Part shown: positions 54,290-64,000 of the stretch, piece by piece
How the letters are laid out: each line of letters starts with the position of its first letter
Numbering within the stretch: position 1 is the stretch's first letter
Origin: Octopus sinensis
Lineage: Eukaryota
NCBI RefSeq assembly: GCF_006345805.1
Contig: NC_043015.1
Coordinates: forward strand, 49,786,001-49,850,000
Direction of reading: 5' to 3'
DNA length: 64,000 nucleotides
Notes under the pieces: generated by a model
What the model was told of the DNA's origin: nothing
The model's input: the letters and a program-made list of their open reading frames with translations, nothing else
The model's database searches: none
Translations under genes and position numbers: made by a program

Positions 54290-54325
54290 CTTTCTGTCGA
54301 AGAGCATAGGCTCGAAACATAAAAG
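54290..54325 (+). ncRNA. Degenerate minimal hammerhead motif (intronic, antisense to PNPLA4)
   Basis: CTTT-CTGTCGA-A-GAGC atag GCTC-GAAA-C-ATA-AAAG. Stems I and II are intact; the core is variant (CTGTCGA). Confidence 0.45.
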
Positions 54326-54477
54326 ACTTTCTCACTTCCCGAGCATTAGAATGTATAATACATTTGTTTGTTGTTTATACACGCGTCTTCTTCATTTGGT
54401 TTTTTTTGTAAATTCTCACTATACATACATACATACATACATACATAAATTCTCACTATACATACATACATACATAA

Positions 54478-54518
<41 letters not shown>

Positions 54519-54637
54519 TATGCATGCATGTATATGGCCATGTATGTTAGCACACCTTCACATAAATTTCCACATACTCATATATATTATACATCAGCAA
54601 GCATCCATCTATAATGTCTAAATTGAAAATTTCTCAC

Positions 54638-54703
54638 CTTTCCTCGGATCACTGGTGGTTTCAGTCCTGCATAGATAGGGATGTAACTGCTCGCAAGAAG
54701 ACA
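54638..54703 (-). CDS. PNPLA4: PNPLA4-like coding exon (66 bp, 22 aa)
   Basis: CLLASSYIPIYAGLKPPVIRGK (cf. PNPLA4 VLLASSFVPIYAGLK). Acceptor ttcctttgtcAG, donor AAG|GTGAGA, phase 0/0. Confidence 0.92.
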
Positions 54704-55330
54704 CTGACAAAGGAAATAAAACAGTCTATCAGAGACACACAAACCACATGTTACATGGAAATATTGTATAACCACATGTTACACGAAATATCGTATATCT
54801 GGAAATTTCCATATTTGATCAAATGCAATTTTTATGAACTTAGATTTAATTAAATCACATTTTAGCAAAAATATAATCTATCAAAAATATTTTATTTTGT
54901 TATTTTCACAACTTTTTTCTTTCTTTTTTTCTTACAAGAATAATTTAGGATTCCAATAATCAAAAGCATTCTGGAAGTAACCATCACATTTTTCTTTCTT
55001 TTGATATAGTGTATCTAGGACTACATTACTGAATGTTCTTCTGGCTTAACCTTTTTGATACCAACCTGCCAGAAACTCACCCTGGTTCTGTAATACCAGC
55101 TTTCTGTTTTTAAGGAGCTCTAAATTAAAACCTTCCGTTAAAATATCATGTTAATTTATGCTCTAAAAACCAGCTCCTCCTCCTCATCATCATCATCATC
55201 ACCACAACCACCACCACCACCACCACCACCACCACCACCACCATCATCATCATTATTGAGTGAGAGAGCAGAGCATGCCATCAAAGTAACACTAGGATAC
55301 TCATCAACGGTACCCTACGTATTTTCTTTC

Positions 55331-55582
55331 TTGTTTGCCAACATAACATGGCAGTCCTGGTTTAGGACGAATGTTGCTGTAATTTAGCCCCAGGAGACAT
55401 CATCTCCAGCTGGCTGTATGGCACGATATTGTTTTGAGGTGAGTTTGGGAGCTAGATTCCCTTGTTCGAAAATATAAGGACACAGATCGTGTTGTATAGC
55501 CAGCAGGAGACGATGTCTCCTGGGGCTAAATTACAGCAACATTCGTCCTAAACCAGGACTGCCATGTTATGTTGGCAAACAA
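55331..55582. repeat. Long inverted repeat (97-bp arms, outer 71 bp perfect) in a PNPLA4 intron
   Basis: 55331-55401 is the exact reverse complement of 55512-55582. Pairing extends imperfectly to 55427/55486, leaving a 58-nt loop. Confidence 0.95.
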
Positions 55583-56101
55583 TCTTTACTCCAAAGTGCT
55601 GTTTCTGAATATCCCTCATTGTGAGATTTACAAATAGTAATTTTCTAATGGCAAAATTAAGCAAATAGGAGTTGGTGTAGGAGTGGCTGTGTGGTAAGTT
55701 GCTTGCTTACGAACCACATGGTTCCGGGTTCAGTCCCACTGCGTAGTACCTTGGGCAAGTGTCTTCTACTATAGCCTTGGGCCGACCAAAGCCTTGTTAG
55801 TGGATTTAGTAGATAGAAACTGAAAGAAGCCCGTTGTTTATATGTATATGTATGTGTGTGTGTGTATATGTTTGTGTATCTGTGTTTGTCCCCCCTAACA
55901 TCACTTGACAACCAATGCTGGTGTGTTTACGTCCCCGTAACTTAGCGGTTCGGCAAAAGGGACCGATAGAATAAGTACTAGGCTTACAAAGAATAAGTCC
56001 TTGGGTCGATTTGCTTGACTAAAGGCGATGCTCCAGCATGGCCACAGTCAAATGACTGAAACAAGTAAAAGAATAAAAGAGAATAATTTTGAGTGTCTCA
56101 C

Positions 56102-56332
56102 CTGCACCAATTCCTGTCTGCTACTGAAATGTGAGAGAGTTTCATTCCTTCTCGATTCCATGTTGGTCACAGACACATACAATCGACCGCTGGCCATTTC
56201 ATGAGCATTGTGGGGGAGTTTATCATCCAGGAACTTCTCTAGAGACTTCATTAGGCTGTACTTTGGTGTAAGCACTCCAAGAGGTTGTGCATGTATTTCA
56301 TCGGCCAAATCATAGGCAAACTTGACACAATC
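56102..56332 (-). CDS. PNPLA4: PNPLA4-like coding exon (231 bp, 77 aa)
   Basis: DCVKFAYDLADEIHAQPLGVLTP...LPHNAHEMASGRLYVSVTN...FSSRQELVQ matches the PNPLA-family LPxxAHE/RLxVSxT/FxSRxxL segment. Acceptor tgtttgaAG, donor CAG|GTGAGA, phase 0/0. Confidence 0.92.
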
Positions 56333-57833
56333 CTTCAAACAGGTAAATATGGTTAATGATTAGCAATTAATGATTAATTGTATTTCAAAGAATTTCTTGG
56401 ATATAACTCACAATAATATAATACAACACAATCCTCCCCATCATCATCATCATCATCATCACCACCATCACCACCACCACCACCACCACTATCATCATGA
56501 TCATCATCGTCGTTTAACGTCTGTTTTCTTTGCTGGCATGGGTTGTATGGTTTGACTGAGGTCTGGAAAGCCAGTGGCTGCACCAGGCTCCAATCTGATC
56601 TGGCAAGTTTCTACTGCTGGATGCCCTTCATAATGCCAACCACTCCAAGAGTGCAGTAGGTGCTTTTTATGTGCCACTGGCACAGGAGCCAGTCAGGTGA
56701 CCCTGGTATCGATCACATTCAGATAGTGCTTTTCATGTGCCACAGGCATGGGAGCCAGTCAGGGGGCACTGACATCGACCATGTTTGGATGGTACTTTTT
56801 ATGGGCCACCAGCACAGGAGCCAGTTAGGTGGACCTGGCATCGACCACGGTTCAGATGGTGCTTTTTACATGTCACCGGCATGGGAGCTAGGCAGGGGGC
56901 ACTGGCCACAGCTACAATTTTGGTTTTACTTGACTCAACAGGTTTTCTCAAGCATATCACTTTTAATAATTACTGTTGTACCAAAAGCGACAAAATGGTA
57001 GAATCATTAGCCTACCGGCCAAAATGCTGCTAAGCATTTTGTCTATCTTCCCCTTCTGAGTTCAAACTCTGCTGAGGCTGACTTTGCCTTTCACCAATTT
57101 GGGGTCAATGAAATAAGTACCAATCACACACTGGGGTTGATGTAATTGACTAATCTCCTGCTCCGAAATTGAAGGCCTTGCCAATAATTTGAAATAAATA
57201 ATTACTTATTTCTTTACTACCCACAAGGGGCTAAACACAGAGAGGACAAACAAAGACAGACAAACTGATTAAGTCGATTACATCGACCCCAGTGCGTAAC
57301 TGGTACTTAATTTATCGACCCCGAAAGGATGAAAGGCAAAGTCAACCTCAGCGGAATTTGAACTCAGAAGGTAATGGCAGACGAAATGCAGCTACGCATT
57401 TCGCCCGGCATGCTAACGATTCTGCCAGCTCAATTACTATTGTACCAATGTTGGTGGTGTAATGGTTAGCATGGTTGCCTTCCAAAGTAGTCATTTCAGG
57501 TTCAACTCCCAGCCGATGCAGATCATCATTTTATTTATTTATTTTTTTCTGTTGATCCCAAACCAGCGTGGAACATGGATGTTAAATGTTGATGATGATG
57601 ATGATGTAGAATGGATAATCTCGTGTAATACAAATCATACAACGTGTGAATGTGTACATATAAATGTAGATGAAAAAAGGCAGGGGCTGTGTGGTTAAGA
57701 AGCTCGATTCGCAACCACGACGTCTTGGGTTCAGTCCCACTGCACGCCACCTTGGAAATGTGTCCCAGGCCAACTAATGCTTCGTGAGGGAATTTGGTTG
57801 GTAGAAATTGCGTAGAAAGCCATCATATATATA

Positions 57834-57868
<35 letters not shown>

Positions 57869-59285
57869 TGTATGTATGTATGTATGTATGTATGTATGTG
57901 TGTGTGTATGTATGCATGCGCACGTGTGTGTGTGCCTTTTGTTTGTTTCCACCCACCACTTGACGACCGGCGGGAGTTTGTTTACGTCCCCTTAAACTAA
58001 CAGTTTAAGCGACTGGTGGAAATAGTACCAGACTTTATAAAAAAAAATTAATACTAGGTTCGACTTGTTTGACGAAAAGCCTCGAGGCAGTGCCCCAGCA
58101 TGGCCGCAGTCTAGTGACTGAAACACTTATAAGATAAAAGGTACGTGTGCGTGTGTGTGGTACAGCTAAGACTTTAGCACTTAAAGCGAACAAGTGGTTA
58201 TCTCCCTTACACTGTTCACTTCGAAACTTCACATCGTCAACAGGAATTACCGTTGTATTTAAACTAATAAATTATTTTATTTACTCAAAAAAAAAGAAAT
58301 TGTGCTTCCCACATGAAGAAACCAGAACCATTCTATAATTGCTGACGTATCTTTTAATTACATAACATTTGGACTGTAACGAAATATTGGAAATATAACC
58401 ACGAAAGCCTATAATACATTTGATGAAACTTCAGATGATAGAATCAAAAACTATCAATGATAGAATCGCTAGCACATCGGTTAAAATGCTTGGCAGCGTT
58501 TCGTCTGTCTCTACGTTCTGAGTTCAAATTCCACCGAGGTTGACTTTACCTTTTATCCTTTTGGGGGCGATAAAATAAGTACTACTCAGGTACTAGGTCA
58601 ATGTAATTGACTAGTTACCTCCTACAAAAATTTTAGAGCTTGCCTTGTGCCTGTAGCAGAAAAGTGTATTATTATTATCATTATCATTATTATTGTTATT
58701 AGTATTTTTATTAAGGGGGTGAGCTGGCAGAATTGTTAGCAAACCGGGCGAAATGCTGAGAGGTATTAGGTCTGCCGCTACTTTCTGAGTTCAAATTACG
58801 CTGAGATAGACTTTGCCTTTCACCCTTTCAGGGTCGATAAATTAGGTACCAGTCAGATACTGGGGTCGATGTGATCAACTAACCTCCTCTCCCCAAATTT
58901 CAGGCCTTGTGTCTATAGTAGAAAGGATTATTATTATTATATTATTATATTTTATTTCATTTATTTTTTATTAAGGCAGTGAGCTGGCAGAATCGTTAGC
59001 ATGCCAGGTGAAATGCTTGGCAGTAGTTCGTCTGTCTTTATGCCCCGAGTTCAAATTCATGGCGTATAAATTCCCCACTTGGATGGGACACTGGTCCCTT
59101 GCAGGATTACTCATTTTTGCCAAATGAGTGGACTGGAGCAATGTGAAAATGAAGTGTTTTGTTCAAGAACACAACACATTGCCCGGTCCAGGAATCGAAA
59201 CCACAACCTTACAATCATGAGTTCAACACCCTAACCACTAAGCCACACGCCTTCTACTGTTATATGAATATATAAGTGAAATTAC

Positions 59286-59549
59286 CGCTATTAGATTTCG
59301 GTCAATGGAGAGTACAGCACCAATCAAAGACCCTGCTGAAGAACCAGCAATCCGCTCCACTTTGGCAAGAAGTCCACTGCCATGTCGACTTAAACAGTAT
59401 GCCACACCAAGTTGGTAGATCCCGAGGAAACCGCATCCACAAAACGACAAGTTCATGATGGGATCATCGTAGATTTCGTAGTTTAAATCGAAGGCCACAT
59501 TGTCAAACGATCTTTCCTCCTTCTGCGATTGGAAGATTTTCTCACTGAC
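59286..59549 (-). CDS. PNPLA4: PNPLA4-like patatin-domain lipase, first recognisable coding exon. Conserved Met at 59456; the frame is open back to the acceptor at 59549.
   Basis: Translates MNLSFCGCGFLGIYQLGVAYCLSRHGSGLLAKVERIAGSSAGSLIGAVL: Gly-rich GCGFLG loop and GxSxG nucleophile motif. Closely resembles vertebrate PNPLA4 as I recall it (INLSFAACGFLGIYHLG...AGASAGSL). Acceptor ttttcaacAG, donor GCG|GTAATT, phase 0. Confidence 0.9.
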
Positions 59550-59617
59550 CTGTTGAAAAGAAAAATTAAGAAGATATAAAGGTATAAGGATATAAATGTG
59601 TGTGTCTTTGTGTGTGC

Positions 59618-59648
<31 letters not shown>

Positions 59649-60247
59649 TGTGTGTGTGTGTTTATGTGTTTGTGTGTGTATGTTTGTTTGTGTGTGTGGG
59701 TGTGTGTGTGTGTGTCAGCATTGTTGTTGTCATCGTTATTTAATGTCCACTTTCCATGCTGGCATGGGTTGGACGGTTTTACTGAGAACTGGCAAGCCAG
59801 GAGGCTACACCTGGTCCCAATCTGATTTGGCAAGGTTTCTACAGCTGGGTGCCCTTCTTAATGCCAACTACTGTGGCACAGGTGCCAGTCAGGCCTGAGA
59901 GTTTTCATGTGTTGGCCAGACTTTGAGTCACTCTGTTACTTCTGATAAATATTAATAAAAATACACATTTACTCTTATTTGGAATTGTAATTTTCCTGTT
60001 TGCATCAACATACCTTTTATATATTAAACTCATTATATGCACACACACACACACACATATATAAAAGGACTGAAAAGATTTTTACTTCCATGACCTTAAT
60101 AACAATGGGACGGCTATTCCTGAACAAAATGGTGACAGATGCCTCCAAACGTACAGTACCTTGTGAAAATGGTAAATTCCATGAGAAATAAACTACTGTA
60201 GACAAAGGCATAGTCATAGAGAGTGAAAAACATTTCAATTGTTAAGT

Positions 60248-60289
<42 letters not shown>

Positions 60290-60290
<1 letters not shown>

Positions 60291-60841
60291 GCCCTGATGC
60301 AGTACCAGGCAGTGGCTCTCGTGGCTTCTGATCTTAACTGATTGGAAGTGTTATCATGTACATTGTTTTGTCTTGGTATAAAAGATGGGCTACAGCAAAT
60401 ATTCAGTTCAATACCACAGATTTGCTTGTCAGTTGTTTGACCTTAACCAGTTGAGCATGTCCCTTAGTGGCTGACGATATGTGCATCTCTGATCATGAGC
60501 AGAAATAGTGGGGGAGCATCATAGCCATGTGTTGAGAGGGATTCTTTGGGGTTTGAATAATTCACCTCTGGAAGCATGGGTGCTTTATTCAACATCCTTA
60601 AAACAAACCTTATTCATGGACCTTTTGAGTGGAATGGGCTATTTGATCTGAAGAAAATTCTAACTGGGCCCCACCTGCAAGGTCATATGCTGTTTATCTT
60701 GATATGAGATCACCATGTTGCGCACATATGGTTGTGATGCATGTGCTTAGTGTACCCTTATCAGACAGGTAGTCATGATGGGTATACTGGGCTTTGTATA
60801 TTTTACCCAAGTGTCACTTTGATGGCATGCACTGCTCTCTC
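60290..60841. repeat. ~550-bp interspersed repeat embedded in (AAT)n, copy 2
   Basis: Homologous to 1523-2071. Confidence 0.9.
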
Positions 60842-60845
60842 AATC

Positions 60846-60881
<36 letters not shown>

Positions 60882-61303
60882 TTCAAATTTTGGCTCAAGG
60901 CCAGCAATTTCGGAGGAGGGGGATAAGTGAATTGCATTGACCCTGCTGTTCAACTGGTCCTTATTTTATCAACCCTGAAAGGATGAACGACAAAGTTGAC
61001 CTCGGTAGAATTTGAACCCAGAATGCTGCTAAGCATTTTGCTCGGCATGCTTAATGATTCTTCCAGCTCGTTGCCTTACCAACCAAAAGATTGACAACAG
61101 ATCAAAAGAGTAATTACGCAGGGGCAAAGAAAAAAAAGGGCTTCCACATGTAAAGACGTTATACTAAAAATTTACGAGTTTTTCCAGCAACGCACACCTC
61201 TTTCTCTCCCCCTCTTCTCTCTCTCTCTTTAGACCCCATAGACTAAGACCATATGAAGAAAAAAGGCATAAGGCATAACAGAAACAGTAATAAATACAAT
61301 TAA

Positions 61304-63575
61304 CCCTTTTGATGCCAACCCATTTGAGACCATCCCTCCTGATTCAATGAAATAAACTTCATATTTTAAAGCAATCCAATTTAAAACCTTTCCTCAAAAT
61401 TCCATGTTTATTTATATTCCAAACACCAGCATAATAACAAAGCTATTTTACTAAATTCTTTGCCATTTTCAAAATTAGTTGAAAGAAATATGGTTCCACA
61501 GAAATATGGATTCCAAAAGGGCTAAAACCTCCCATCAAAATTCCATGTTAATTTGTATTCGAAAAAGTTATTTTTTGTTATTTTACTCTTTTTACTCTTT
61601 TACTTGTTTCAGTCATTTGACTGTGGCCATGCTGGAGCGCCACCTTTAGTTGAGCAAATCGCCCCAGGACTTATTCTTTGCTAGCCTAGTACTTATTCTA
61701 TCGGTCTCTTTTGACGAACTGCTAAGTTACAGTGACATAAACACATCAGCATCGGTTGTCAAACGATGTTGGGAGGACAAACACAGACACACAAACATAC
61801 ATACACGCACACACACACACATACATACATACACACACACACATACATACACACACACACACACATACACACACACACACATACATACATACACACACAC
61901 ACACATACATACACACACACACACACATACACACACACACATACATACATACACACACACACATACATACACACACACACACACATACACACACACACAC
62001 ACACATATATATATACATATATACGACGGGCTTCTTTCAGTTTCCGCCTACCAAATCCACTCACAAGGCTTTGGTTGACCCGAGGCTATAGTAGAAAACA
62101 CTTGCCCAAGGTGCCATGCAAGGGGACTGAACCCGGAACCATGTGGTTCGTAAACAAGCTAAAGGCTGTGTATTTTGACAGAAATGTGATATCAAATGGT
62201 TTGCAGTGATCTGAATTAAAACCTAAAATTTCGTATTACTTTATATTTGAGAAAAACACAGCAAAATAACAACAAAGTTATTTTATTAAATTCTTTGTTG
62301 TTTTCAAAATTAATTGCAATGTTCTTGAGGAGACCTATTGATTCAAGAACATCAACATCAAAATAAAGATTCAAATGGAAATTGTAGTTAAGACACCCAT
62401 GCCGGTGACACATAAAAAGCACTGTCCAAACGTGGCAGATGCCAGCGCCACCTGGCTGGCGTCCGTGTCGGTGACACATAAAAGCACCTACCGATCGTGG
62501 CCATTTGCCAGCCTGCTCTGGCCCCTGTGCCGGTGGCACGTAAAAAACACCCACTACACTCACGGAGTTGTTCGCGTTAGGAAGGGCATCCAGCTGTAGA
62601 AACAATGCCAAATCAGACTAGAGCCTGGTGCAGCCACCATGGCTTCCAGACCCTGGTTGAACCGTCCAACCCATGCTAGCATGGAAAACAGACGTTAAAT
62701 GATGATGATGATGAAAGGCAGCAGTGTATTCCTTAGAAATATGGTAACAAAAAGCTTAAAGTGATCTAAATTCAAACTTTCCACCGAAATTTCATGTCAG
62801 TTTATGTTCCAAACTTCAGCTTAATAATGACAAAATTATAATAATAATAATAATGAAATTATTGTATACAGTGCTCAGGTGCACCACAACTTGTCAAAAG
62901 TGCGTATAAAGAATATGCAGTAATGTACAAATGTCTGGAAAGTGAACAGTGTATGAGTCAGATACATGCATGCTTGTGTATAGAGGGGAGAAAATCAGGT
63001 GTAGTGTTGGCGAATCTCAGGAAGCATGGAAGGTTTGAAGGATGCAGTGCTCCGACAACTAACAACTGATGCCAGCAGTTTGTTCCATACTTCAGCAACT
63101 CTTAGCGTGAAAAAATGTTTCCGAAAGTCATGGGAGCTGTGCTGTTTTCTGACTTTGTAAACATGTCCACTGGTGTTAGACAGATGGAGTTTGAAAAGGT
63201 GCTCAGAGTTATTGTTAGTAAGATAGTTAATAATTTTATGTGTGTCTGTCAAGTCATCATAATTTGTTATTAAATTAATTGAAAGAAAGGCTGTGTATTT
63301 CAGTGGAAATAGGGTCACAAAAGAGTTAAAGTGATTCAAATCAAAACATTCGAAAACTTCATGTTAATTGCTATTAGAGAAAAAATAGCAAAATATTGGT
63401 AAAAGTTATTTTACTAAATTCTTCATAATTTGTTATTAAATTAATAGCAAAATATTATTTAAAAAATAGCAAAATATTGGTTAATTTTTTTTACTAAATT
63501 GTTTGTTATTTTAAAAATTAATTGAAACAATGGCAGTTTATTTTTTAAAAATTTATGGTAACAAAAGGCTTAAAC
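61304..63575. repeat. piggyBac-like (TTAA|CCCTTT...AAAGGG) MITE followed by tandem partial copies, interrupted by nested SINE B, family E and LINE insertions
   Basis: TTAACCCTTTTGA at 61300 and AAAAGGG at 61515-61521. The unit AAATT(T/C)CATGTTAATTT...AAAGTTATTTTACTAAATTC...AAATATGGTAACAAAA recurs to ~63575. A related start lies at ~55046. Confidence 0.6.
62850..63260 (-). mobile_element. CR1/L2-type LINE 3' end
   Basis: HKIIN...LFKL...NTSGHVYKV...FRKHFFTLRVAEVWNKL..SVVSCRSTASFK matches the (T)RGH..K / R..FF..RV...WN.LP C-terminal signature. (ATT)n tail. Confidence 0.8.
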
Positions 63576-64000
63576 AATAGTTGAGAACTTCGTGGTATTT
63601 CTTTCTAATATACACATTAGTTTATATTTTGAATGGGTTTGGGAATTCTTTCCACATTCAGGTAAATCCTGCCATACCATAACACAGTAACACAAACACC
63701 TAACCAAAACACACACGCATTACTATGCGAACACACCCAGGTATGTATAAAGGCAAACGTTCTAGAATGACTCGACGGAGCACTGACATTTGAATAAAGG
63801 TGACAGGTAAAGGAAATACAAGCAAGAAATAATAGTTATCACCTCAGGAAAAATCGCATTTTTCATTCGATCCACATGGAACATTGTCGCTTCCGTTACA
63901 TTACATTTGCCATTCCATACACAGTGACATCAACAAATACGTCTTGGGTTTTTTTTTTTTTTTTTGTTTTTGATTAATTTTTCACCTAACAGATTAGCTA

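Overview
AT-rich, microsatellite-saturated animal genomic DNA. The repeat landscape suggests an octopod cephalopod (Octopus sp.); that is my inference, not a database result. Only one host gene is recognisable: a minus-strand PNPLA4-like patatin lipase/transacylase with four coding exons (59549/59456-59286, 56332-56102, 54703-54638, 53138-52804). Its last exon has an apparent 1-bp frameshift near 53041. The first ~52 kb has no recognisable host exons. It holds tRNA-derived SINEs of several families, LINE remnants (R4/Dong-like, RTE, CR1/L2), mariner/Tc1/hAT MITEs, two non-autonomous Helitrons, LTR-like remnants, a few unique non-coding islands and a 100-N scaffold gap. Nearly all ORFs in the supplied track are microsatellite or SINE artefacts. 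The most interesting signal is six type I hammerhead-ribozyme-like motifs of the minimal Penelope type: two near-intact (21934-22010, 23874-23924), four degenerate, one of them inside a tRNA-headed SINE-like unit. Also notable are a long inverted repeat (71 bp perfect) in a PNPLA4 intron and several motif-dense candidate regulatory islands.
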